Below are positions 29,318 through 39,826 of a stretch of 64,000 bases of DNA, piece after piece. The notes below the pieces were generated by a model. The model was not told the origin of the DNA and did no database searches. It saw only the letters and a program-made list of their open reading frames with translations. The stretch's first letter is position 1. Every line of letters starts with the position of its first letter. Source of the stretch: an uncultured Verrucomicrobiae bacterium (GTDB lineage Bacteria > Verrucomicrobiota > Verrucomicrobiia > Chthoniobacterales > Chthoniobacteraceae); the NCBI GenBank assembly GCA_963769025.1, contig CAVYKI010000002.1, forward strand, positions 288,001 to 352,000, written 5' to 3'. The position numbers and the translations under genes were made by a program.

Positions 29318-30517
29318 GTGAAACGAACCATCCAACTCATTCTCCTCGCCGCCCTGCTAGCGAGCCATCCCGCCGAGGCGGCTGCGAAGAAACTGCAAGT
29401 CTTCATCCTCGCCGGACAATCAAACATGCAGGGGCACGCCAAAGTCAGCACCTTCGAGCATATCGGCATGGACCCGGCGACGAAGCCGATGCTTGCGGAA
29501 ATGCAGAACGCCGACGGCACACCGAAGGTCTGCGAACGCGTTTGGATTTCATCCATCGGCTGCGCTGAGGCGGAGCAAACGGGAAAGCTCACCGCGGGCT
29601 TCGGCGCGTCGCCGGAGAAGATCGGGCCGGAGTTCACGTTCGGCCTCACGATGGAGAAGCTCACGGATGCGCCCATTTTGATCATCAAGACCTCGTGGGG
29701 CGGCAAGAGCATCAACACCGACTTCCGCTCCCCGGGCGCCGGGCCGTATGTGTTCAACGAGACGCAGCTCGCCAATTTTGCAAAGCAGGGCAAGGACGTG
29801 GCGGCGATGAAGGCGGAGAAGGAAAAGGCGACGGGCGTGTATTACCGGCTGATGATGGAGCACGTGAAAAAGGTGCTCGCTGACCCGAAGCGCGTGGTGC
29901 CGGGCTACGATGCGGCGCAGGGTTATGAACTGGCTGGCTTCGTGTGGTTCCAGGGCTGGAACGACATGGTGGACGGCGGCACGTATCCGACGCGCGACAA
30001 GCCGGGCGGCTACGATGCCTACAGCGTGGCGATGGCGCATTTCATCCGCGATGTGCGCAAGGATCTCGGCGCGCCGAAGCTGCCCTTCGTCATCGGCGTT
30101 CTCGGCGTCGGCGGGCCAACTTCGGAATACGGACCCGACCAGCAGCGCTACAAGGCGACGCACGACAACTTCCGCAATGCCATGGCCGCACCGGCGGAGT
30201 TGCCGGAGTTCAAAGGGAACGTCGTCGCCGTGCGGACGGAGAAGTTTTGGGACCAGGAACTGACCGCCGCGAGGACCAAGGAAAACGCGATCAAGCAGCA
30301 GGCGAAGAAGCTGGCGACGGATGGAAAGCTGAAGCCCGCGGAGGAAAAGGCGGCGCTGGAAAAGCGCTCGCCGAGGGCCTCACGGAGCGTGAGCGGACTG
30401 GTGCTCGGAGAAAGGCGTTTCCAATGCGGAGTTCCACTACCTCGGCTCCGCGAAAATCCTCGGCGGCATCGGCAAGGGATTCGCCGAGGCCGTTGCGGGA
30501 CTGGCGAAAGCAAGTGA
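29318..30517 (+). CDS. SASA-domain (sialate O-acetylesterase-like) protein; indels near the C-terminus
   Basis: Signal peptide; QVFILAGQSNMQG; IGPEFTFG; GFVWFQGWND; FHYLGS in an alternate frame. Confidence 0.82.
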   Translation: MKRTIQLILLAALLASHPAEAAAKKLQVFILAGQSNMQGHAKVSTFEHIGMDPATKPMLAEMQNADGTPKVCERVWISSIGCAEAEQTGKLTAGFGASPEKIGPEFTFGLTMEKLTDAPILIIKTSWGGKSINTDFRSPGAGPYVFNETQLANFAKQGKDVAAMKAEKEKATGVYYRLMMEHVKKVLADPKRVVPGYDAAQGYELAGFVWFQGWNDMVDGGTYPTRDKPGGYDAYSVAMAHFIRDVRKDLGAPKLPFVIGVLGVGGPTSEYGPDQQRYKATHDNFRNAMAAPAELPEFKGNVVAVRTEKFWDQELTAARTKENAIKQQAKKLATDGKLKPAEEKAALEKRSPRASRSVSGLVLGERRFQCGVPLPRLRENPRRHRQGIRRGRCGTGESK

Positions 30518-32518
30518 GCGCGCACTTGAGAACGTTCTGCGCACTCGCATTTCCGGCGCGCTCGGAGCGCTCTACCTCCACGCATCGACTGATCCAGCGC
30601 AGCGGATGTCCCGCGGAATCTTGACGAGCTGTGGGCGGACTTCGATCCGCGGAAGGAGCCGCTCGAGATCGAGGTGCTGAAGGAATGGGAGGAGCAGGGC
30701 GTAATCTGCCGCGTGGTGCGGTATCAGGTCGGCGTGTTCAAAGGCGCGCCGGCGAAGGTCGCGGCATTTTATGCGGCGCCAAAGGGTGCGTCAAAGTTGC
30801 CGGGACTTTTGCAGATGCACGGTGGCGGGCAGTCGGCGTCGCTCGACACGGTGATGACGGACGCGAAGCGCGGATACGCGAGCATTTCCATCAATTGGGG
30901 CGGCAACCGTCTCAACTTCGGCGGGTCGAAGGAGACGTATGACGGCCCGCAGACGGACTGGGGCAGACTCGATGCGACGCATCCTCCGCAGCGGAACAAG
31001 ACGAATCATTTTGTGCAGGGACTCACGCCAGATGAGTTCACGCTCGATGCCGTGGAGTCACCGAGGAACAGCAACTGGTTTGTCGTGCTGATGGCCGCGC
31101 GCCGCGCGATCACGTTTCTCGAACAGCAGCCCGAGGTGGATGCGGCGCGCATCGGCGCCTACGGCCACTCGATGGGCGGCACGCTCACCACGACTCTCGC
31201 GGGAATAGACAAGCGCGTGCGCGCGGCGGTGCCGTCATGCGGCGGCGGGGGCGACTTGTCTGAAGCCGACAAAGCGCAGGTGCCGGGCGGCGTGAAGAGC
31301 AGGCTTTCCGCAGTCGAGTTGGCATGCATTTCCGACAACGCCTACATCCCGCGCATCACATGCCCGATCCTGTGGCTCTCGCCGACGAACGACTTCCACG
31401 CGCACATCGACCACATGGCGTGGAACTGGCGCCACCTGCCGGATGAGCGCGTGCGCTTCAGCATCTCGCCGCACCTGAACCATCACCACACGGCTGAGCA
31501 CGCCATCACACAGCACCTTTGGTTCGAGCAGCACTTGAAAGGCGCGTTCACCATGCCGGCGACCCCGCAGTTTTCGCTGACGCTCAAGACGGCGGACGGT
31601 GTGCCGAGGGCGAGCGTCACGCCGGATGCATCGCGGCCCGTGCAGCGTGTTGACATTTACTACTCCACCGACCCGCATGAACTCACGCGGTTCTGGCGCG
31701 ATGCAAAGGCGGAAAAAGTTGGCCAACGTTGGGAAGCAGCCTGCCCGGTGATGAGCGCGGAGCAGCCGGTGTTAGCATTCGCAAACGTGACTTACGAGAT
31801 GCCGACGGAACATCGGACGGTCGCAACCCGTCGCGGTCAGGAAAGCCGGCCAGTCTTTGTCCTCAGTTCGCGCGTGCTCTCCGCGGCGGCCGCGCAGTTG
31901 CAGGCCGCGGGCGTGAAGGTGACGGAGAAGCCGGAGCGCTCGATCGATGACGGCTCACGCGGCTGGCACGACTGGTATCGCCTCAGTTGGGATCACGCGC
32001 CGCTGTGGACTGCCGCGACGCGGAAGCTCAAGGACGCAAAATGGCGCGGCCCGGACGGCGCGAAGCTGGTCTTTGAAATCCGCTCCGAGACCGACAACGC
32101 CCTCGTCGTCACCGTGAACACCAATGCATGGGGCGCGTTCGGCGCTGGAAAGCCCGCCGTGGACTACAGCGCCGTGAAACCGGTGAAGGCATGGGCCGAC
32201 TGGCAGACCGTCGCCGTCTCACTCGACGAACTCGCCGCGACCAATCCGAAAGTCACCGCGCCGCTCGCAAACTGGCAGACGGTCACCGAACTCATCATCA
32301 GCCCCAGCGCGACGATTTTGAAAGACGGACAAAAGGTGAAAGTGGAAGGCAAACCGTGGCGCGGCCCACGGGAGATCCGCGCGATGCGTTGGGAAGGCGG
32401 CGAGTATCCGGCTCACGGGGCAGTTGATTCCGTGCTGACGCCGGATGCGCTGAAAAGGAGCTTCGACGACGCGATCCGAAAGTCGCTCGAGGAGGAAAAG
32501 GCGGGACAAAACAAATAG
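30514..32518 (+). CDS. Secreted alpha/beta hydrolase (dienelactone hydrolase/acetylxylan esterase-like); N-terminus frameshifted
   Basis: GTG overlaps the upstream TGA; LDELWADFDPRKEPLEIE; MHGGG; GHSMGG; PTNDFH. Confidence 0.78.
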
Positions 32519-32635
32519 CCACGCACCAAACCCGACAGTCTTTAACCGAAGCTTCCTCCGCGCTTCCTCCGCATTCATGCAGTCGATGCCTGTGGAGGCC
32601 GTGGCGGATCCAACGATACTCAAGTGAACACATCC

Positions 32636-35074
32636 ATGAAAACTCTACGCACTCTCATCTCATGCACCATCGCGGCGCTGCTCATCCTTCCGCTCTGCCC
32701 GGAGGCGATCAGCCAGCAGAAAGCCGTGCCCGTCCCTGATCTCACCATGGACGGCAAGCGCGACGAAGCCCACGACTGGACGCTCGGGCCGACCGGCGCG
32801 CGCGGCTGGATTTTCACGGCAAACGGGCACTCCCGCGATGCCCGGCAGATTCTCATCACGGAAGTGGCGAAGGGCTCTCCGGCGGATGGCGTGCTCGCGG
32901 TGGGCGATGTGATTCTCGGCGTGGACGGGAAACCGTTTGCAGACGATGCGCGTGTGCTTTTCGCGAAGGCCATCGCGGCGGCGGAGTCGGAGAAAGGCGT
33001 GCTGCGTCTGCTGCTCTGGCGTGCGGGGAAGACGGAGGCGGCGGAGTTGATGCTCGCGGTGCTCGGCAGCTACAGCGCCACCGCGCCGTATGCGTGCGCG
33101 AAGTCGAAGCGCATTTTCGAGCTGGGTTGCGCGTCGCTCGCGAAGCGCATGGCTGACGAGAAAACTTACACGAAGCGCCTCGACCCGATTCCACGCGCGC
33201 TCAACGCGCTCGCGCTTCTCGCCAGCGGCAACAAGGAATGGCTCCCGCTCGTGAAACGCGAGGCGCAGTGGGCGGCGGACTTCACCACGAGCGGCTATCT
33301 CTCGTGGTATTACGGCTACAACATGGCGCTCGCAGCGGAATACGTCATGGCCACCGGCGACCAGTCGGTGATGCCCGGCCTGACGCGCCTCGCGCTCGAA
33401 ACGGCGCGCGGGCAAAGCGGCGTTGGCACGTGGGGCCATCGCTTTGCGCCCTCGGGCGGAAATCTCGGCGGCTACGGCGCGATGAATGCGCCCGGTCTGC
33501 CGCTCACCATCGGCATGGTGCTCGCCCGCGAGGCCGGCGTGAAACATCCAGACCTCGACCGCGCCATCGCCAAGGCGTCCGGATTCCTGCGCTGGTATGT
33601 GAACAAGGGCGCGGTGCCCTACGGAGACCATCAGCCGTTCCCCGCGCATGAGGACAACGGCAAGTGCTCCGCCGCGACCGTGCTCTTCGATCTGCTCGGC
33701 GATCGCGAGGCGGCGGAGTTTTTCGCGAAGATGTCCACCGCCGCCTACAGCGAGCGCGAGCGCGGGCACACGGGCAATTATTTCAACGTGCTCTGGGCCA
33801 TGCAGGGCGTCGCGCGCGGCGGTCCGCTGGCCACCGGCGCGTATTGGAAAGAGCAGTCGTGGTATTACGACCTCGCCCGCGCTTGGGACACGAGCTGGCG
33901 CTACCAGGGCTCGCCCGTCGGCGAGGAGGAGCACGGCAGCTACAAAGGATGGGACACGAGCGGCAGCCATCTGCTCGACTACGCGCTTCCGCTGAAAAGC
34001 CTGCGCCTCACCGGAAAAAAGCCGTTCACCGTGACTCCGCTCAATGCCGCGCAAGTCGCGGAGGTCATCGCCGCCGGACGCGACTACGCCTACAAGGGCG
34101 ATGAGAACCGCTACGAAAAGCGCACCACCGAGCAACTGTTCGCCGGCCTCGCGAGCTGGTCGCCCTTCGTCCGCAAACGCAGCGCCGCCGCACTCGGCAA
34201 GCGCGACGGAGAGCACGTCCCCGCGCTGCTTAAGCTGCTCGCCAGCTCCAGCCGCGATGCCCGCTACGGCGCGTGTGAAGCGCTGGGAAATCTCGGACCA
34301 AAAGCCGACGCCGCCGCGCCGCAACTCCGCGCCGCGCTCAAGGACTCCGACCCGTGGATACAATCGCTCGCCGCCGAAGCCCTGCCCGCGCTCGGCCCCG
34401 ATGCGCGCAAAGCGAGCGTGAGCGACCTGCTCGCCATGACCGTGCGCCCGAACCCCGCCGACCCGCGCCGCATGGCTTCGCGCTCCGCCGCCATCGCGCT
34501 GTTTTCGAACTACCCCGGCAAGCGCGGCCCGAAAAGCATCCTAGCCGAATCGCTCGACGGCGTTGACCGCAAGCTCCTTTACCCGGCCGTGCAGGTGCTC
34601 CTTCAAAACGAAGACAGCGTCGTCCGCAGCTCGGTGGGCAAAACGCTGAACGACCTCGACGAACGCGACCTCGTGGTGCTGCTTCCCGCGATCACCAAAG
34701 CCGTCGAGCATCTCGCACCGAGCAACGAAATGTTTGGCGACGGAATCCGCCTCGCCGGTCTCGATCTGCTCACGCGCCTCCACATCCGCGAAGGCATGGC
34801 GCTGTGCGTGTCCGTCATCGAACCCAGCCGCTGGGGCCTTGCCAACCGCGTCGCCAAATGCGCCGAATACCTCCCACGCTACGGCACCCACGCCAAGGCC
34901 GCGCTGCCGCAGTTGAAGGAAATCCGCGCGCAACTCGTGGCCGGCGCCGGCAAGAATCCCAAAAGCGAGCATGTGGAGAAGATAGACAAATGCATCGCCG
35001 CGATCGAATCGAGCACCGCCACGCCCACCGTCATCAACCTCGCAGATTTCAAGGTGCGTCCCGCTTCCAGGTAG
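32636..35074 (+). CDS. DUF6288-domain secreted protein with PDZ-like and HEAT-repeat regions
   Basis: WTLGPTGARGW; VAKGSPADGVLAVGDVILGV (PDZ-like); GHTGNYF; ARYGACEALG (HEAT-like). Confidence 0.75.
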   Translation: MKTLRTLISCTIAALLILPLCPEAISQQKAVPVPDLTMDGKRDEAHDWTLGPTGARGWIFTANGHSRDARQILITEVAKGSPADGVLAVGDVILGVDGKPFADDARVLFAKAIAAAESEKGVLRLLLWRAGKTEAAELMLAVLGSYSATAPYACAKSKRIFELGCASLAKRMADEKTYTKRLDPIPRALNALALLASGNKEWLPLVKREAQWAADFTTSGYLSWYYGYNMALAAEYVMATGDQSVMPGLTRLALETARGQSGVGTWGHRFAPSGGNLGGYGAMNAPGLPLTIGMVLAREAGVKHPDLDRAIAKASGFLRWYVNKGAVPYGDHQPFPAHEDNGKCSAATVLFDLLGDREAAEFFAKMSTAAYSERERGHTGNYFNVLWAMQGVARGGPLATGAYWKEQSWYYDLARAWDTSWRYQGSPVGEEEHGSYKGWDTSGSHLLDYALPLKSLRLTGKKPFTVTPLNAAQVAEVIAAGRDYAYKGDENRYEKRTTEQLFAGLASWSPFVRKRSAAALGKRDGEHVPALLKLLASSSRDARYGACEALGNLGPKADAAAPQLRAALKDSDPWIQSLAAEALPALGPDARKASVSDLLAMTVRPNPADPRRMASRSAAIALFSNYPGKRGPKSILAESLDGVDRKLLYPAVQVLLQNEDSVVRSSVGKTLNDLDERDLVVLLPAITKAVEHLAPSNEMFGDGIRLAGLDLLTRLHIREGMALCVSVIEPSRWGLANRVAKCAEYLPRYGTHAKAALPQLKEIRAQLVAGAGKNPKSEHVEKIDKCIAAIESSTATPTVINLADFKVRPASR

Positions 35075-35284
35075 CAAAAGGCCCCTCATCGCCGCACTGA
35101 CAGACTCGGACTGCACCAAGCCATAAGCCTCGGCTCAGCGGCGGTCGCAGCGAGTGTGAGCGGGAGGAGAAACCTCAACATATGACGCATGGCTGATTTG
35201 TGGCATTGGCGTATCTCCGAGGGGATGTTATGCGCGGACTCAGAAACTCCAACCTGCGGAAGAAATCTCCCACCATCCAAATCC

Positions 35285-36813
35285 ATGAAGACCCTCCTCA
35301 TCGCTCTCTTCGCCGCATTTTGCCTCACCGCAAATGCCCGCGCGGAACTCGCCGCGTCCAAGCCGAACATCATCCTCGTGATCACCGACGACCAGGGCTA
35401 CGGCCCGGTAGGGCGTCACGGGCATCCGTGGCTGAAGACGCCGCATCTCGACGCGCTCTACGACAAGAGCCTTCGCTTCACGCGCTTCCTGGTGAGCCCC
35501 ACATGTTCGCCCACGCGCAGCGCGATCATGACGGGGCGGCACCCGCTGAAGAACGGAATCACGCACACCATCCTGGAGCGCGAGCGCATGACGCTGGACG
35601 CCACCATCCTCCCGCAGGTGCTGAAGACGGCGGGCTACACTTCCGGCATTTTCGGCAAATGGCATCTCGGCGACGAGGAGCCGTACCAGCCGCATCAGCG
35701 CGGATTCGATGAAGCCTTCATCCACGGCGCGGGCGGCATCGGGCAGGGGTATCCGTGCTCGTGCGCCGACGTGCCGGAGAACAAGTACACCGACCCGGTG
35801 ATCCGCCACAACGGCAAGTTCGTGAAGACGCACGGCTTTTGCACCGATGTGTTTTTCACCGCGGGCCTCGGCTGGATCCAGGAGCAGAAAAAGAAGGGCC
35901 AGCCGTTCTTCGCCTACATCTCGACGAATGCGCCGCACGGGCCGTTCATCGCGCCGGAGAAGAATGCGAAGCGCTTCACCGACCTCGGCTTCGGCAAGGA
36001 GCAGGCGGGCTTCTACGGGATGATCGAGAACATTGACGAGAACATGGGACGGCTCGCCGCGAAGCTGGAGGAATGGGATCTCTACAAGAATACGGTCGTC
36101 ATTTTCATGTCCGACAACGGCATGACTGGCGGCGGCTCCGGCCAGCCGGGCAAGGATCTCGCGCCCGGCTATCCGTTCTTCAACGGCAACCAGAGCGGAC
36201 TGAAAGGCTCGACCGATGAAGGCGGCGTGCGCGTGCCGTTCTTCATCCGCTGGGATGGGAAGATCGCTCCCGGCCGCGACATCGGCACCATCGCCGCGCA
36301 CATCGATCTGCTGCCGACCTTCGCCGCGCTCGCGGCGCGGAGCTGCCGAAGAACCAGGTCGAAGGCCGCAGCCTGCTGCCGCTCATCGAGGGCAAGGCCG
36401 ACGCGTGGCCGGACCGCTATCTCTTCACCCACGTCGCGCGCTGGCCCACTGGCAGCGAGCCGAACGATCACAAGCTCGTGAACTACGGCGTACGCAATCA
36501 GAAGTTCCGATTCGTCGGCCCTCGCGGCGGCGGAGGCAGGGCGAACAAGAAGGCCGCGCAGCAGCCTGCGCAGGAAACCAAGGGCGCACTCTACGACATC
36601 GAATCCGATCCCTACCAGAAGACCAACGTCATTGCCCAACATCCCGAGGTCGCCGCGAAGATGAACGCCGCGTATGAGGCATTCTGGAAGGAAGCGCGCC
36701 CGCTCATGGTGAATGAGAGCGCCCCAATGTCGCCGACCCAGCCCTTCCGCGAACTCTACGAGAAGCAGCTCAAATCCGGCGGCATCCCCGACTGGACTCC
36801 GCCCGCGCTGTGA
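35285..36813 (+). CDS. Arylsulfatase (Cys-type); frameshift near 36335
   Basis: KPNIILVITDDQG; CSPTRSAIMTGR; GKWHLG; SDNG; EGGVRVP; LYDIESDPYQ. Confidence 0.92.
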
Positions 36814-37118
36814 GTCCGGGCGCAGTCACGGAGTCCGTGGCTTCCACCCCGCCCCCACAATGAAAGCTGGCTCGATGAATTCGCCAGACGCCGCGGAACC
36901 GCGCGAAACGTGCGACCGTGCTCGCTGCGTATCGGAAGCTTGCCGGGAAGGTCTGGAGGACATCGTTGCCGAGGTCGTGAAGTGACGGACGCCCGCACAA
37001 GGACGGAGCCGGTATGCCGAGTTTCATGCTGGCGCGCATTTCCGTGCCAAGACGCGATGCGGTGGCGAGGATAGCGTTCCTCCCAGACTTTTGATCGTCC
37101 GAGCTTGTTGTTCTCCGC

Positions 37119-38222
37119 ATGAAAATCACCCGCATTCTCGCCTATCGCGTCGCGCTTCCGTTGCACGAGACCACCTACAACTGGAGCGGCGGCAAATCGG
37201 TCACCGTTTTCGACAGTACCATCGTGCGTGTGGAGACGGACGCGGACATCGCTGGACACGGTGAGGTGTGTCCGCTCGGGCCGTTTTATCTCCCGGCGTA
37301 TGCGGAGGGTGTGCGCGCGGGCTTGCGGGAACTGGGGCCGCATCTCATCGGGCAGGATCCGCGCGAACTGGCGAAGCTGAATCATCGCATGGACGCCGCG
37401 CTCAAAGGGCATCCGTATGTGAAGAGCGGCATCGACATCGCGTGCTGGGACATCCTCGGTCAGGCGACCGGGCTGCCGGTGTGCGTGCTCATGGGCGGAC
37501 GTTTCGGCGAAAAGGTGCGGCTGTATCGCGCCATCTCGCAGGAGTCGCCGGAGGAGATGGCGGCAAAGGTCGCGGGCTACCGCGCTGAGGGCTACACGCG
37601 ATTTCAGCTCAAGGTCGGCGGCGATCCGGATACGGACATCGCGCGCATTTTCGCCGTCGCCGGGAAGCTCCAGCCCGGCGACCGGCTCGTGGCCGACGCG
37701 AACACCGGCTGGGTGCAGCACGAAGCCGTGCGCGTGGCGAAGGCCGTGCGCGACGTGGACGTGTACATCGAGCAGCCGTGCCTGACTTACGAGGAGTGCC
37801 TCGCAGTGCGGCGGCAGTGCGCGCATCCGTTCGTGCTCGATGAGAATGTGGATTCACTGGACATGCTGCTCCGCGCAAAGGCGGACCTCGCGATGGACGT
37901 GGTGAATTTGAAAATCAGCAAGCTCGGCGGGCTCACGAAAATCAAGCAGGCGCGCGACCTCTGCGTGAGCATGGGCATCGCGATGACACTGGAGGATTCG
38001 TGGGGCGGCGACATCACCACGGCGGCCATCGCGCATCTCGCGCACAGCACGCCGGAGGAGTTCCGTTTCACGAGCACGGATTTCAACAGCTATGTGACCG
38101 TGAGCACCGCCGAGGGCGCACCGCAGCGGCAGAATGGCTTCATGTCCGCAAGCACCGCGCCCGGCCTCGGCATCACGCCGAGGATGGAAGTGCTCGGGAA
38201 GCCCGTGGTCGTCATTGAATAG
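37119..38222 (+). CDS. Enolase-superfamily (MLE subgroup) enzyme, cis-3-hydroxy-L-proline dehydratase-like
   Basis: [62 protein letters not shown]. Confidence 0.8.
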   Translation: MKITRILAYRVALPLHETTYNWSGGKSVTVFDSTIVRVETDADIAGHGEVCPLGPFYLPAYAEGVRAGLRELGPHLIGQDPRELAKLNHRMDAALKGHPYVKSGIDIACWDILGQATGLPVCVLMGGRFGEKVRLYRAISQESPEEMAAKVAGYRAEGYTRFQLKVGGDPDTDIARIFAVAGKLQPGDRLVADANTGWVQHEAVRVAKAVRDVDVYIEQPCLTYEECLAVRRQCAHPFVLDENVDSLDMLLRAKADLAMDVVNLKISKLGGLTKIKQARDLCVSMGIAMTLEDSWGGDITTAAIAHLAHSTPEEFRFTSTDFNSYVTVSTAEGAPQRQNGFMSASTAPGLGITPRMEVLGKPVVVIE

Positions 38223-38233
38223 AAGCCCGCGCT

Positions 38234-39821
38234 GTGAAACTCCCCGCCGCTGCCGCCGTCCTTCTCGCCGCAATGGCGTTCGGGGTTGCGCCCCTTCATG
38301 CCGGCGATGCCGCGAAGCCGCAGACGAAGCCCAACATCGTCCTCATCCTCGCGGACGATCTCGGTTACGGCGATGTCGGCTGCTACAACCCGGAGTCGAA
38401 GGTTCCCACACCAAATCTCGACCGGCTCGCCAGCGAGGGCATGAGGTTCACGGACGCGCACTCGGCCTCCACGGTCTGCACGCCGTCGCGCTACAGCATC
38501 ATGACAGGCCGGATGTGCTTTTCGCACCGGGTATCGCGGGGGAGTCTTCACCGGCGTGGGCGGGCCGAGTCTGATCGAGAAGGAGCGTCTTACGCTGCCC
38601 GGGATGCTGCGCGACAGGGGCTACGCGACGGCCTGCGTGGGCAAGTGGCATATGGGCATGACGTTTCAGACCAAGGACGGCACGCCCGCGCACGAGGTGA
38701 AGATCGACGGCCCAGCGAACGGAGCGGCCAAGGAACTTGCGCGCGTCAAGCTCGTGGATTTCAGCAAGCCCATCACCGACGGGCCGGTGAATCGCGGCTT
38801 CGATTATTTCTTCGGCACCGCCTGCTGTCCCACGACGGACTGGCTGTATGCGTTCATCGAAAATAACCGCGTTCCCGTGCCGCCCGATCATCTGCTCGAT
38901 GCGAGCGCGCTGCCGCAGCATCCGTATTCCGCTGATTGCCGGCGCGGCTGGGTGGCTCCCGGTTTCGAGCATGAGAAGGTGGACCTGGTTTTCCTCGACA
39001 AGAGCAAGGCGTGGCTCACGCGGCATGTGCAGCGCGAGCCGAAGCAACCTTTCTTCCTCAATCACGCGATGCAGGCCGTGCATCTGCCGTCCTTCGCCGC
39101 GCCGGAGTTTCAGGGGAAAACGAAGGCCGGGCCGCACGGGGATTTCATCGCCGAACTGGACTATATCGTCGGCGAACTGATGGCGACGCTGGAAGAACTC
39201 GGCGTGGCGGACAACACGCTGATCCTCTTCAGCAGCGACAACGGCCCGGAGACGACGAGCGTGGTCCACATGCGCGCCGATTATGGTCACGACGGCGCAC
39301 GGCCCTGGCGCGGCGTGAAGCGCGACGACTGGGAGGGCGGCCACCGCGTGCCGCTCATCGTGCGTTGGCCGGGGCGCATCAAAGCGGGGGTGTCGGATGC
39401 CACGGTCTGCCTCACGGACATCATGGCCACCTGCGCCGCGATCACCGGCGCGAAACTGCCTGCGAGTTCCGCGGAGGACAGTTTCAGCTTTCTCACCGCG
39501 CTCACGGGCGCGGCGGACACGGGACCGGCGCGCGACTACACGCTCCATCAGACCATCCGGCTCGACATGGCGATCCGTCGTGGCGAGTGGAAGTATCTCG
39601 ATCATCGAGGCTCCGGCGGAAACAGCTACGACAAGGGCGAGATGCAACCCTATGCCCTTCCCGACACCGCGCCGGACGCCCCCGGTCAGCTTTACAACCT
39701 CACCGCGGATCCCGGCGAAACGACGAATCTCTACTTCAAGCACCCGGAGATCGTGAAGGAACTCAAGGCCCTGCTCGAAGCGAGCAAAGCCTCCGGACGC
39801 GGCGACGCGAGACTCCAGTGA
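38234..39821 (+). CDS. Arylsulfatase (Cys-type); frameshift near 38520
   Basis: [57 protein letters not shown]. Confidence 0.92.
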
Positions 39822-39826
39822 CCTTC

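Noticed and set aside
35086..35190. Short minus-strand ORF resembling an orphan signal peptide (MRHMLRFLLPLTLAATAAEP...)
   Set aside because: Only 34 codons; may be a gene remnant, with no further support.
36860..36985. Possible gene fragment between the sulfatase and dehydratase genes
   Set aside because: No consistent frame or motif.
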